Of a DNA stretch of 64,000 nt, positions 21,298-31,387 are shown in pieces. Location: contig URKJ01000008.1 in NCBI GenBank assembly GCA_900548385.1, positions 43,585-107,584 of the forward strand, written 5' to 3'. A program made the position numbers and the translations under genes. Positions within the stretch are counted from its first letter, which is position 1; each line of letters starts with the position of its first letter. The notes under the pieces are model-generated. The model saw nothing but the letters and a program-made list of their open reading frames with translations, was not told the origin of the DNA and did no database searches. Source of the stretch: an uncultured bacterium (GTDB lineage Bacteria; Verrucomicrobiota; Lentisphaeria; Victivallales; UBA1829).

Positions 21298-23430
21298 TCA
21301 GTAGATAAAGAGCATTTCGCGGTATTTGGGCAGCGGCCACTTGGCGTCGGGAACGATCCGTTCGAGTTTGTCCACGACGTTCCGCAGCTCGTTCATAGCC
21401 GCAATGATCTCTTCGTGACAGCCTTTGAGGGCGTTTTTGAGAGCATCGCACTTGGCGCTCAGTTCATCAAGGGCCGTGCCGAGCTCCCCGGCGCTTTTCC
21501 GGAGACCGGCGAGACCGGCGGAGACTCCGGCGGTTTCCGCATCTGCCAGCGCTCCGGTGAGCATGGCGAATTCCTTTGCGACTGCCGGCTGCACCATACA
21601 TCCGGCGATTTCGAGCGCGGTTTCACCTTCGATCCTGATTTTGTTGTGATAATCTTCCAGGAACACTTCATAACGGGATTCGAGTTCGCGCCGGTTGTAG
21701 ACGTGGTATTTTTCGAACATTGCGATATTCTCTTCTCCGGTCAGGCAGCGGAGCGCTTCCATCGTTGTGGCGGCGTTCGGCAGACCGCGTTTCGCGGCTT
21801 CCTTTTTCCACTCGTCGGTGTAGCCGTTGCCGTTGAAGATGATCCGCTTATGGGCGGAGATGATGCGCGAGAGCAGATGCTGCAAACCGGAGTTGAATTC
21901 CTCTTTGGACAGTTTTTCCAGTTCGCCGCTGATCCGGTCGATGGACTCGGCGACGATGGTGTTCAGCACCGTATTGGGTCCGGAACAGGACTGACTGGAG
22001 CCCGGTGCGCGGAATTCAAATTTATTTCCGGTGAACGCAAACGGACTGGTCCGGTTGCGGTCGGTCGCATCACGGGGAAGCGGCGGAAGAGTGTCCACAC
22101 CGATTTTCATGGTTCCCGCCTGACGGCAGGTGGTGGCGGCTCCTTTTTCGAGCTGTTCGATCACATCGGCGAGCTGATCGCCGAGGTACATGGAAATGAT
22201 TGCCGGGGGCGCTTCATTCGCTCCGAGACGGTGATCGTTGCCGGCTCCGGTCACGCTGGCGCGGAGCAGATCGCTGTGCAGGTCGATTGCTTCGATGATC
22301 GCGGTCAGCATGGTGAGGAAGATCGCGTTCTGATGCGGGTCGGAACCGGGATCGAGCAGATTCTGCCCGTCGTATGCGATCGACCAGTTGTTGTGCTTGC
22401 CGGAACCGTTGACGCCCGCAAACGGTTTTTCGTGGAGAAGGCACACCAGACCGTTGCGGTCGGCGACTTCGCGCAGAACCTCCATTACCAGCATGTTGTG
22501 ATCGCAGGCAAGGTTCAGTTCTTCGAACATCGGAGCAAGTTCGAACTGCGCCGGAGCCACTTCATTGTGCCGGGTTTTAGCGGGGATGCCGAGTTTCCAG
22601 AGTTCCTGTTCCACTTCGGTCATGAAGTTCAGAATGCGCATCTTGATGGTCCCGAAATAGTGGTCTTCAAGCTGCTGGTGCTTTGCCGGAGGCGCGCCGA
22701 ACACGGTTCGCCCGGTCTGCACAAGATCGGGGCGTTGATAGTAAAACGTCTTGTCGATCAGAAAATATTCCTGTTCCGGTCCGAGCGTGATTGTTACATT
22801 GGCTTCCTGCTTTCCGAAGCATTTCATCAGCCGTTTGACGGAGGTGGAGAGAGCCTGCATGGAGCGCAGCAGCGGAGTTTTCTTGTCGAGAGCTTCTCCG
22901 GTATAGGAGCAGAATGCGGTCGGGATGCAGAGCGTTGCGCCGTTGCCGTGGCGTTTGATGAACGCCGGGCTGGTCGGATCCCATGCGGTATAGCCGCGGG
23001 CTTCAAATGTGGAACGGAGTCCGCCGGAGGGAAAACTGGAAGCATCCGGTTCGCTGATGATCAGGTTTTTTCCGGAGAAGGACATGATCGGCTTGCCGTT
23101 TTTGATCTCCAGAAAGGAGTCGTGCTTTTCGGCTGTGGCTCCGGTCAGCGGCAGAAACCAGTGTGTGAAATGGGTCGCGCCGCGCACCAGTGCCCAGCGT
23201 TTCATGGCGTGGGCAATGTCGGCGGCGATCGCCGGGTCAAGCGGAGCTCCGTTGTTGATGGTCGCGAGCAGTTTTTCCGCGGTTGCTTTGGGCAGATACT
23301 CGCGCATGGCGTCCGGACCGAAAACGTCTTCTCCGTAATTGCTCATATTGACCTCCGCCGCCGGTTCCGGGGCGGGGGCGCGGAGCGCTGCTACTGTGTT
23401 GACTGCGTGGATGCGATTCAGGTTGTTCAT
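21298..23430 (-). CDS. glnA: Glutamine synthetase, type III
   Basis: 710 aa, the length class of GSIII. THFTHWFLPLTGATAEKHDSF and a C-terminal extension typical of type III enzymes. AAGGAG sits upstream of the ATG. Confidence 0.93.
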   Translation of the reverse strand: MNNLNRIHAVNTVAALRAPAPEPAAEVNMSNYGEDVFGPDAMREYLPKATAEKLLATINNGAPLDPAIAADIAHAMKRWALVRGATHFTHWFLPLTGATAEKHDSFLEIKNGKPIMSFSGKNLIISEPDASSFPSGGLRSTFEARGYTAWDPTSPAFIKRHGNGATLCIPTAFCSYTGEALDKKTPLLRSMQALSTSVKRLMKCFGKQEANVTITLGPEQEYFLIDKTFYYQRPDLVQTGRTVFGAPPAKHQQLEDHYFGTIKMRILNFMTEVEQELWKLGIPAKTRHNEVAPAQFELAPMFEELNLACDHNMLVMEVLREVADRNGLVCLLHEKPFAGVNGSGKHNNWSIAYDGQNLLDPGSDPHQNAIFLTMLTAIIEAIDLHSDLLRASVTGAGNDHRLGANEAPPAIISMYLGDQLADVIEQLEKGAATTCRQAGTMKIGVDTLPPLPRDATDRNRTSPFAFTGNKFEFRAPGSSQSCSGPNTVLNTIVAESIDRISGELEKLSKEEFNSGLQHLLSRIISAHKRIIFNGNGYTDEWKKEAAKRGLPNAATTMEALRCLTGEENIAMFEKYHVYNRRELESRYEVFLEDYHNKIRIEGETALEIAGCMVQPAVAKEFAMLTGALADAETAGVSAGLAGLRKSAGELGTALDELSAKCDALKNALKGCHEEIIAAMNELRNVVDKLERIVPDAKWPLPKYREMLFIY

Positions 23431-23485
23431 GGCAAACTCTCCTTAATAAAGTATGGGGTTCGGTAAATCCGTTGCCGGAGACTAA

Positions 23486-23501
23486 AGCAACTGCCGTGCC
23501 A
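23486..23501 (-). promoter_or_regulatory. Sigma-54 (-24/-12) promoter of glnA
   Basis: Minus strand reads TGGCAC-GGCAG-TTGC, an exact match to TGGCAC-N5-TTGC. The -12 element lies about 55 nt upstream of the glnA ATG. Confidence 0.8.
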
Positions 23502-23545
23502 ACTTTTCGCCGGGCATAAAATCTGTATGACCCGGTGAAAAATGC

Positions 23546-23592
23546 TTTACAAAAATGTAAAACGGTGCCGGAAGGGTATACATTTTTGTAAA
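23546..23592. promoter_or_regulatory. Two 16-bp palindromes between the divergent sigma-54 promoters (candidate activator binding sites)
   Basis: TTTACA-AAAA-TGTAAA (23546..23561) and TATACA-TTTT-TGTAAA (23577..23592). Centres are 31 bp apart, about three helical turns. Confidence 0.5.
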
Positions 23593-23634
23593 ATGCGGGG
23601 AGGAACAGCGGTTGTTTTTCCCTTGAAACGGGAT

Positions 23635-23650
23635 TGGCACGCTTTTTGCT
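23635..23650 (+). promoter_or_regulatory. Sigma-54 (-24/-12) promoter of gltBD
   Basis: Plus strand reads TGGCAC-GCTTT-TTGC, an exact consensus match about 50 nt upstream of the gltB ATG, which has a GAAGGAG RBS. Confidence 0.8.
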
Positions 23651-23700
23651 TTTGGGCTGTAAAATGTTTTCGGATGAAATGAGGAAGGAGCTCTGAAACC

Positions 23701-26700
23701 ATGGAAATGAATCGACAGCAATTACAACAGCGATTCGCCGCGCCCCCGGTACCCGATACCGGACTTTACAGCTTTGCGAACGAACACGACGCATGCGGCG
23801 TCGGGCTCGTGGCGGATTTGAACAATGTGCCGGATCACCGGATCGTGGAGATGGGAATGACGGTCCTGAAACGGCTGATGCATCGCGGCGCCGCCGGAGG
23901 CGATCCGGATACCGGCGACGGTGCGGGGCTTCTGCTGGCTCTGCCGGATGAGTTCTTCCGCTCGGAACTGGGAGAAAAACTGCCGGAAGCGGGAAAATAC
24001 GGCGTTGCGATGCTCTTCGGTGGAACGGACCGGGAATCCGCGATCGAAGAGATCGTCACCGCGGAGGGCGGACGGGTTATTGCATGGCGCAACGTTCCCG
24101 TGAAGCCCGGCGAGATCGGACGTGCGGCGCGGGAGACATGTCCCGTGATCCGCCAGCTGTTCATCGACGGAAGCGCTTTCCCGTCGCCGAAAGTGTTCGA
24201 GCGCAAACTGTATGTGATGCGCCGTCTGATTGAAAAGGCTGTTCCGGAATGTTATGTCTGCAGCATGTCCTGCCGCAGTATTGTATATAAAGGGCTGCTG
24301 CTTGCCACGCAGCTGGAGAAATTTTATCCGGATCTTGGAGACGAGCGGTTCAAATCGCCTCTGGCGCTGGTTCATCAGCGGTACAGCACCAATACGTTTC
24401 CTGCGTGGCATCTCGCGCATCCGTTCCGTTATCTCGCTCATAACGGGGAGATCAACACCCTGCGGGGCAATCTGAACCAGCTGCGTGCACGGGAACCGTT
24501 CCTTGCAAGCGAGCTGTTCGGCGACGATATCCGGAAACTGCTTCCGCTGATTCCGGAAGGACAGAGCGATTCCGCGTGTCTCGACAATATGTTTGAACTG
24601 CTGGTCGCCGCCGGCCGTCCGCTCTCCCATGCCATGCTGATGCTGATGCCGCAGGCGTGGGGAAAGAATTATCATCTCGGACGCGACGTGCGCGGCTTTT
24701 TTGAATATCATTCCGCTTTGATGGAGCCGTGGGACGGTCCCGCTGCGGTTGCGTTTTCCGATGGTGTCAACGCGGGGGCGATCCTTGACCGGAACGGACT
24801 GCGTCCCGCACGTTATACGCTGTGCAAAGACGGTATTTTTGTTCTTGCTTCCGAAACCGGAGTACTGGATTTCCCGGCGGATCAGGTCGTGCGGAAAGGG
24901 CGTCTGCGTCCCGGTGAGATGATCTGCCTGGATTTGGAAAATCACCGTCTGATCAATGACGGCGAGCTCAAAAACCGTGCGGCGCGCCGTCAGCCGTATC
25001 GCCGCTGGGTGGAGGAAAACAAAATTTCCGTTCATGGACTTTTTACGGAGATCACTCCGGCGGAAGTGCACGACGACCTGATTGCCATGCAGAAGCGTTT
25101 CGGGTACAGCCGTGAAGATGTTGAACTGATTATCAAAACGATGGCTGCTTCGGGCAAGGAGCCGGTCGGTTCCATGGGCAACGACGCCGCACTGGCGGTG
25201 CTGTCGGATAAACCGCAGCTGCTGTTCAACTATTTCAAGCAGCTGTTCGCGCAAGTCACCAATCCGCCGATTGATCCGATCCGCGAGGAGCTGGTGATGA
25301 GCCTGACGACCTATATCGGAAACCGGGGCAATATTCTAGCGGAAACTCCGGCTCACGCACGGCTGATCAAGCTGAACCGTCCGGTGCTGACCGATGATGA
25401 ACTGCTCCGGCTGGAACGCGCCGGACAGCAGGATTTTCAATCCCGTGTTCTGACGATGGAATTTCCCGCCGGCGGCGATGGTGCGGTTCTGGCGCTTGCT
25501 CTGGAAAATCTTGCTCATTCCGCAGTCGAGGCGGTGCGGGAAAACTGCCGGATCCTGGTACTTTCCGACCGCAATCTGTCGGAGCATTGCGTGCCGATCC
25601 CCTCCCTGCTGGCGGTTGCCGCGGTGAACCGGGCGCTGATCGCCGCCGGACTGAGACCCGAAGCCGGATTGATCGTGCAGTCCGGTGAGGTCCGCGAGAT
25701 CATGCACTTTGCGCTTCTGGTCGGCTTCGGTGCGACGGCGGTCAATCCTTATCTTGCACTTGAGAGCGTAACCGCGCTTGCGCGTTCCGGCGCGATTGCG
25801 GCGGACCCTGTCACGGCGGCGGGCAATTACATTCATGCGGTCGACAAAGGGCTGTTGAAAGTAATGTCCAAAATGGGCATTTCGACTTTGCGGAGTTATC
25901 GCTCCAGTCAGATTTTTGAAGCAGTCGGGCTGAACCGGGAGGTGATCGACGCCTATTTCCCCGGCACGGCAAGCCGTGTCGGCGGGATCGGGCTCGACGG
26001 GATTGCCGCCGAGGCGAACCGCCGCTTTGCATCCGCCGCGGTTCCTGCGCTTGGGCACGGGGAAAATCTGCTGCCGGACGGCGGACAGTACCGTTTCCGC
26101 AAGGACGGGGAACAGCATTTGTGGACGCCGGAGTCTCTGGCGGCATTCCGTCAGGCGGTGCGTACCAACGACCGGGAGGCATTCGACCGCTATTCCCGGC
26201 TGATCGACGATCAGGCGGAACACCTCTGCACTCTGCGCGGCCTGTTTGAATTCGCTCCGGCAAAACCGGTTCCGCTGGAGGAGGTGGAAAGTGTGGAATC
26301 CATCCTGAAACGTTTTGTGTCGGGTGCCATGTCCCTCGGATCACTTAGTCCGGAAGCGCACGAGGCGATCGCGGTTGCGATGAACCGTCTTGGCGGTATG
26401 AGCAACTGCGGTGAGGGCGGAGAGGATTCCGCGCGTTACACGCCCGGTCCAAATGGAGAGAACCGCACCAGCGCGATCAAGCAGATTGCCAGCGGACGGT
26501 TCGGCGTGACGATTGATTATCTCCGTCATGCCAAAGATCTTCAGATCAAGATGGCGCAGGGGGCGAAACCGGGTGAGGGCGGTCAGCTTCCCGGACACAA
26601 GGTGAATGAGTTCATTGCGCGAATCCGTCATTCGATGCCGAATGTCAGCCTGATCTCTCCGCCGCCGCATCACGACATTTATTCGATCGAGGATCTGGCA

Positions 26701-28215
26701 CAGCTGATTTACGATCTGCGCAATTCCAATCCGAAAGCGCGGATTTCGGTAAAACTGGTTTCCGAGGTCGGAGTCGGCACGGTTGCGGCGGGTGTGGCAA
26801 AGGCACATGCCGATGTGGTGCTCGTCAGCGGTCATGACGGCGGAACCGGCGCTTCCCCGCTGACCAGTATCAAACACGCCGGTCTGCCGTGGGAGCTCGG
26901 ACTCGCTGAAGCGCAGCAGACTCTGGTGCTCAATCAGCTGCGCGACCGGGTGCGTCTTCAGGTGGACGGACAGCTGAAGACCGGACGCGACGTGGTGATC
27001 GGCGCTCTGCTGGGTGCGGAGGAATTCGGATTCGCTACGACGGTTCTGGTCTGTCTCGGCTGTGTCATGATGCGCAAATGTCATGAAAACAGCTGTCCGG
27101 TCGGAGTGGCGACGCAGGACCCGGAGCTGCGCAGGCATTTCAGCGGCAAACCGGAGTATATTGAAAACTTTCTCCGTTTCATTGCCGAAGATACCCGCGC
27201 GATTCTCGCCCGGCTTGGTCTGCGCTCAATTGACGAGGCGGTCGGCCGCGCCGATCTGCTGAGAATGAATCGTGCGATTGATTTCTATAAGGCGCGCAAT
27301 CTTGATTTTGAAAAGATCCTGACTCCGGTTTCCGGCGGGAAAGTCCGTTTCGATCCGGCACACGCCGCGGAAGAACTGGACAATTTCGACCGTCGGAATC
27401 TGCTGGGGGCGCTTCTGCCGCATATTGAGGATGGCACTCCGGCGGAACTGGACTGCACGGTCTGCAATGTGGACCGCACCGTCGGAACGGAACTTTCCGG
27501 CGAGCTGGTTGCCCGGCGCGGAGCGGCGGGATTTCCTGACGGCACGCTGAAAGTGCGGTTCCGCGGCTGTGCGGGCCAGAGCTTCGGCGCATTTCTGGCC
27601 CCCGGCCTTGAATTCGTGCTGGAGGGCGAGGCGAACGACTTCGTCGGAAAAGGTATTTCCGGAGGCGTTATCGTGATTCGTCCGGACCGGAATGCCGGAT
27701 TTGATCCCGGTTCCAACGTGATTGCCGGAAATGTGATCGGTTACGGCGGAACGTCCGGCAGAATTTTCATCAACGGACAGGCGGGGGAGCGGTTTGCAAT
27801 CCGCAATTCCGGCGTGACGCTTGTCGTGGAGGGAGTCGGCGATCACGGATGCGAATACATGACCGGAGGCCGGGTCGTGGTGCTCGGACGCACCGGGGTG
27901 AATTTCGCCGCGGGAATGACCGGAGGTCTGGCGTATGTATACGACGAGTCGGATGATTTCGATTTGCGGTGCAACGTCGGGACCGTGGACCTTGAAAGCA
28001 TTCTGCCCGGATCGGAGGATGAAGCGGAGCTGACCGGACTGCTGCGCGAACATCTGGACCGCACCGGAAGCCCGCGGGCGGAAGCCATTCTGGCAGACTG
28101 GGGAAATGAACGCGCCCGTTTTGTCAAAGTGTTTCCGGTCGAATACCGTCAGGCGCTCGGACGCATGGCACGCGAGGACGTCGAAGCCGTCGACCGTCGC
28201 GGTGAGATGAATTGA
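23701..28215 (+). CDS. gltB: Glutamate synthase large subunit
   Basis: 1504 aa. N-terminal amidotransferase Cys in EHDACGVGLVADL, the FMN/Fe-S region LGGMSNCGEGGED, and KMAQGAKPGEGGQLPG. Confidence 0.97.
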   Translation: MEMNRQQLQQRFAAPPVPDTGLYSFANEHDACGVGLVADLNNVPDHRIVEMGMTVLKRLMHRGAAGGDPDTGDGAGLLLALPDEFFRSELGEKLPEAGKYGVAMLFGGTDRESAIEEIVTAEGGRVIAWRNVPVKPGEIGRAARETCPVIRQLFIDGSAFPSPKVFERKLYVMRRLIEKAVPECYVCSMSCRSIVYKGLLLATQLEKFYPDLGDERFKSPLALVHQRYSTNTFPAWHLAHPFRYLAHNGEINTLRGNLNQLRAREPFLASELFGDDIRKLLPLIPEGQSDSACLDNMFELLVAAGRPLSHAMLMLMPQAWGKNYHLGRDVRGFFEYHSALMEPWDGPAAVAFSDGVNAGAILDRNGLRPARYTLCKDGIFVLASETGVLDFPADQVVRKGRLRPGEMICLDLENHRLINDGELKNRAARRQPYRRWVEENKISVHGLFTEITPAEVHDDLIAMQKRFGYSREDVELIIKTMAASGKEPVGSMGNDAALAVLSDKPQLLFNYFKQLFAQVTNPPIDPIREELVMSLTTYIGNRGNILAETPAHARLIKLNRPVLTDDELLRLERAGQQDFQSRVLTMEFPAGGDGAVLALALENLAHSAVEAVRENCRILVLSDRNLSEHCVPIPSLLAVAAVNRALIAAGLRPEAGLIVQSGEVREIMHFALLVGFGATAVNPYLALESVTALARSGAIAADPVTAAGNYIHAVDKGLLKVMSKMGISTLRSYRSSQIFEAVGLNREVIDAYFPGTASRVGGIGLDGIAAEANRRFASAAVPALGHGENLLPDGGQYRFRKDGEQHLWTPESLAAFRQAVRTNDREAFDRYSRLIDDQAEHLCTLRGLFEFAPAKPVPLEEVESVESILKRFVSGAMSLGSLSPEAHEAIAVAMNRLGGMSNCGEGGEDSARYTPGPNGENRTSAIKQIASGRFGVTIDYLRHAKDLQIKMAQGAKPGEGGQLPGHKVNEFIARIRHSMPNVSLISPPPHHDIYSIEDLAQLIYDLRNSNPKARISVKLVSEVGVGTVAAGVAKAHADVVLVSGHDGGTGASPLTSIKHAGLPWELGLAEAQQTLVLNQLRDRVRLQVDGQLKTGRDVVIGALLGAEEFGFATTVLVCLGCVMMRKCHENSCPVGVATQDPELRRHFSGKPEYIENFLRFIAEDTRAILARLGLRSIDEAVGRADLLRMNRAIDFYKARNLDFEKILTPVSGGKVRFDPAHAAEELDNFDRRNLLGALLPHIEDGTPAELDCTVCNVDRTVGTELSGELVARRGAAGFPDGTLKVRFRGCAGQSFGAFLAPGLEFVLEGEANDFVGKGISGGVIVIRPDRNAGFDPGSNVIAGNVIGYGGTSGRIFINGQAGERFAIRNSGVTLVVEGVGDHGCEYMTGGRVVVLGRTGVNFAAGMTGGLAYVYDESDDFDLRCNVGTVDLESILPGSEDEAELTGLLREHLDRTGSPRAEAILADWGNERARFVKVFPVEYRQALGRMAREDVEAVDRRGEMN

Positions 28216-28234
28216 GAAACAGGGAGAAATCAGA

Positions 28235-29620
28235 ATGATACAGAGAATACATGATATTTACCGTCCCGTTGACCAGCGCCGTCGGGATTTCCGCGAAGTC
28301 GAACGCCCGCTGTCGTGTGCCGAACTCCATGAACAGGCGTCCCGCTGTATGGAATGCGGAATTCCGTTCTGTCACGGAGCGGGGTGTCCGCTCGGCAATG
28401 TGATTCCGGAATTCAACGCCGCAGCCGCCGCCGGAGAGTGGCGGAAAGCATGGGAGATCCTTTCGTCGACCAGCAGTTTTCCGGAATTCACCTGCCGCGT
28501 TTGTCCGGCGCTCTGTGAAGGTTCCTGCACCAACGGCATTGACGGAGAGGCGGTAATGATCCGCCAGATCGAGAAAAAGATAGTCGAAACCGCCGGTAAG
28601 AACGGCTGGATGAAGCCTTTTGTTCCGGAAAAGCGCAATGGCAGACGCGTCGCTGTGATCGGAGCCGGACCGGCGGGACTCGCCGCCGCGGATGAGCTGA
28701 ACCGGCTCGGATATCAGGTAACCGTTTACGAGGCTCATGCCGCACCGGGCGGACTGCTCCGTTACGGCATTCCGGATTTCAAACTGGAGAAAAGCGTGAT
28801 CGAACGGCGGATCGAACGGATGAAACAGTCCGGGATCGGGTTTGTCTGCGGGACGCGTGTCGGAAAGGATATTTCGGCAGATTACCTTGCACGGTGTTCC
28901 GATGCCGTGGTTCTGGCGGTCGGAACGCCGGAAGCGCGCGATCTGCGTCTGCCCGGCCGCGAACTTTCCGGAATTCATTTTGCTCTGGAATTTTTGCAAG
29001 GACAGAACCGGGTGATCGGCGGCGAGATTGCGACCGTTCCCGTTTCCGCCGCAGGAAAACGGGTCGTGGTGATCGGCGGCGGCGATACCGGAAGCGATTG
29101 CGTCGGTACGTCGCTGCGGCAGGGGGCTGCGAGTGTTCTTCAGATTGAGATCATGCCGGAACCGCCGGCGGAACGTTCGCCCTCCACACCGTGGCCGCAG
29201 TGGCCGTATCTGCTGCGTACCAGTTCCAGCCATAAAGAGGGCGGCGAACGGCAATGGGGTGTTCAGACGACCGCTTTCACGGGCGAGCATGGACATGTTG
29301 CCGCACTTGAAACGGTTGCGGTCAAATGGGAGTTCAGCCCCGCCGGGCGTCCTTTGAAATTTGCCGCGGTTCCCGGTTCGGAACGGAAGATCGGGGCGGA
29401 CCTCGTTCTGCTTGCGATGGGCTTTACCGGAGTCCGGCCCGACGGCGTGGCTGCGGAACTGGGACTCGCGGTCGATCCGCGCGGCAGAGTGCTGGAAGAT
29501 CCTGCCCGGAAAGTGTTCTGCTGCGGCGATACCGCTTCCGGAGCGTCGCTGGTTGTCCGGGCTCTGGCGGATGGGAAACGGACGGCTCACCGTCTGGATG
29601 CCGCATTCCGCGGAATGTGA
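28235..29620 (+). CDS. gltD: Glutamate synthase small subunit (NAD(P)H-dependent)
   Basis: 461 aa. Fe-S Cys cluster CMECGIPFCH and dinucleotide fold VAVIGAGPAGLAAADEL. Confidence 0.95.
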   Translation: MIQRIHDIYRPVDQRRRDFREVERPLSCAELHEQASRCMECGIPFCHGAGCPLGNVIPEFNAAAAAGEWRKAWEILSSTSSFPEFTCRVCPALCEGSCTNGIDGEAVMIRQIEKKIVETAGKNGWMKPFVPEKRNGRRVAVIGAGPAGLAAADELNRLGYQVTVYEAHAAPGGLLRYGIPDFKLEKSVIERRIERMKQSGIGFVCGTRVGKDISADYLARCSDAVVLAVGTPEARDLRLPGRELSGIHFALEFLQGQNRVIGGEIATVPVSAAGKRVVVIGGGDTGSDCVGTSLRQGAASVLQIEIMPEPPAERSPSTPWPQWPYLLRTSSSHKEGGERQWGVQTTAFTGEHGHVAALETVAVKWEFSPAGRPLKFAAVPGSERKIGADLVLLAMGFTGVRPDGVAAELGLAVDPRGRVLEDPARKVFCCGDTASGASLVVRALADGKRTAHRLDAAFRGM

Positions 29621-29637
29621 ATATTCCGGCAAAATAT

Positions 29638-29682
29638 CCCGCAAAACGGATTCCGGCAGCTTGATTCCATTCGTTTTGCGGG
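29638..29682 (+). terminator. 11-bp perfect stem-loop between gltD and the sigma-54 activator gene (terminator or processing/attenuation element)
   Basis: CCCGCAAAACG ... CGTTTTGCGGG with a 23-nt loop, 18 nt after the gltD stop. No clear T-tract follows. Confidence 0.4.
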
Positions 29683-29746
29683 TACATTATGCAGGTGCCG
29701 GATATGGCGCAGATTGAAAACTTGATAACACGGGGAACGGAAAGCA

Positions 29747-31300
29747 ATGCCGCAAAGAAAACATGAACTGAGTCCGGAAATCACTGTTTTGCAGGAGATC
29801 AGCTATGCGGTGGTGCATCATCAGCGCAATGTTGATGATCTGCTGAATGAGATACTTGCCGTGCTTGACCGGCGTATGGGAATGTTGCGCGGTACGATTA
29901 CTTTACTGCACGGCGATACGTTGAAAATCGAAGTTTCGCACGGTATTGATGAAAGCGGGATGCAGCGGGGGCTGTATCATCTCGGAGAAGGGATTACCGG
30001 AATGGTCGCCCAGACCGGAAAGCCGGAACTCGTGCCGGATATCGCCAAAGACGCCCGGTTCCTCAACCGGACCCGGTCCCGTAAATACGATCATCCGGTC
30101 GCGTTTATCTGCGTGCCGGTTTTTCACATGGAGCGGGTGATCGGAACGCTGAGTATTGACCGCCGGATCGAACCGGATACCGACTTGAACCGTGACATGG
30201 CGCTTCTGGAGACCATCGGCAACATCGTGGCGGATGCCGTCGCCGTATGCCGGAAGGAACACGAGGAGCGCGAAGATCTGCTGGAAGAGAACCGCAAGCT
30301 GCGCAAAATGCTCAATGAGACTCCAGGTGAGCTGATCGGGAACTGCCGCAGTATGCAGAATATTTACGGACTGATCCGTCAGGTGGCGCCTTCCGATGCG
30401 ACCGTGCTGATCCGGGGCAGTTCCGGAACCGGAAAGGAACTTGTCGCGAGGGCGATCGTTCAGTTGTCCGGACGCAGTTCCAAACCGTTCGTTGCCCTGA
30501 ACTGCGCCGCTTTACCGGAGAATCTGGTCGAAAGCGAATTGTTCGGACATGAGAAAGGCGCTTTTACCGGAGCGACCTGCCGCCGGATCGGGCGCGCGGA
30601 GGCTGCGGACGGCGGAACGCTTTTTCTTGATGAAGTCGGCGATCTGACCCTGCAAACTCAGGTGAAACTCCTGCGGTTTATTCAGGAACGTACCTTTTCA
30701 CGGGTCGGGAGCAATCAGGAATTGCGGTCGAATGTCCGTTTCCTTGCCGCCACCAGCCGCAACCTCGAAGAGCTGATGCGGCAGAAGAAGTTCCGCGAAG
30801 ACCTGTATTACCGGCTGAATATTTTCCCGATCGTGATGCCGGATTTGTGCAAGCGCCGCTGTGACATCATTCTGCTGGCGGAGCATTTCATTGAAAAGCT
30901 GAATGTCCGGTACGGCAAGCAGGTGAAACGGCTTTCCACGCCCGCGATCAACATGCTGATGAGTTACCACTGGCCCGGCAATGTGCGGGAACTGGAAAAC
31001 TGCATCGAACGCGCCGTTCTGACTGCCACCGACGACTGCATTCACGGCTACAATCTGCCGCCGTCTCTGCAGACCGGAAAGGAATCCGGTTCCGATCTTC
31101 TGCCGGAGGGCAAGGCGTCGTTCAACACGCTTGTGGATTCCTATGAACGGGAGCTGATCGTTGAGGCGCTGAAACGGAACTTCGGCAATATGTCCGCCGC
31201 GGCGCGTGATCTTGATCTCTCTCCGCGCGTGATCCATTATAAAATCGGTCGTCTCGGCATTACTCCCGAATGGTATCAGCAGGAACGTCCGCTTTCCTGA
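29747..31300 (+). CDS. Sigma-54-dependent transcriptional activator with N-terminal GAF domain (NifA-like architecture)
   Basis: GAF-like N-terminus. AAA+ sigma-54 interaction domain with [17 protein letters not shown] and the [15 protein letters not shown] (GAFTGA) motif. C-terminal Fis-type [24 protein letters not shown]. No receiver domain. Confidence 0.92.
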   Translation: MPQRKHELSPEITVLQEISYAVVHHQRNVDDLLNEILAVLDRRMGMLRGTITLLHGDTLKIEVSHGIDESGMQRGLYHLGEGITGMVAQTGKPELVPDIAKDARFLNRTRSRKYDHPVAFICVPVFHMERVIGTLSIDRRIEPDTDLNRDMALLETIGNIVADAVAVCRKEHEEREDLLEENRKLRKMLNETPGELIGNCRSMQNIYGLIRQVAPSDATVLIRGSSGTGKELVARAIVQLSGRSSKPFVALNCAALPENLVESELFGHEKGAFTGATCRRIGRAEAADGGTLFLDEVGDLTLQTQVKLLRFIQERTFSRVGSNQELRSNVRFLAATSRNLEELMRQKKFREDLYYRLNIFPIVMPDLCKRRCDIILLAEHFIEKLNVRYGKQVKRLSTPAINMLMSYHWPGNVRELENCIERAVLTATDDCIHGYNLPPSLQTGKESGSDLLPEGKASFNTLVDSYERELIVEALKRNFGNMSAAARDLDLSPRVIHYKIGRLGITPEWYQQERPLS

Positions 31301-31332
31301 TATTTTCCTGTATTTGCAGAAACAGAAAATGC

Positions 31333-31355
31333 CGGAACAACGTTACGCTGTTCCG
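31333..31355. terminator. Hairpin between the convergent activator gene and serS (possible bidirectional terminator)
   Basis: CGGAACA-ACGTTACGC-TGTTCCG, 7-bp stem, flanked by T/A-rich sequence. Confidence 0.4.
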
Positions 31356-31387
31356 ACATTGCTGTTTTACAGTCGACTGTTCTGCGC

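Noticed and set aside
19404-23466. Plus-strand ORFs of 609 aa and 754 aa
   Set aside because: They are antisense to purF and type III glnA, whose products are recognisable along their full length. The plus-strand translations are low-complexity.
23722-29644. Minus-strand ORFs of 510, 295, 265, 275 and 506 aa
   Set aside because: They are antisense to gltB and gltD. They have an Arg-rich composition and no motifs.
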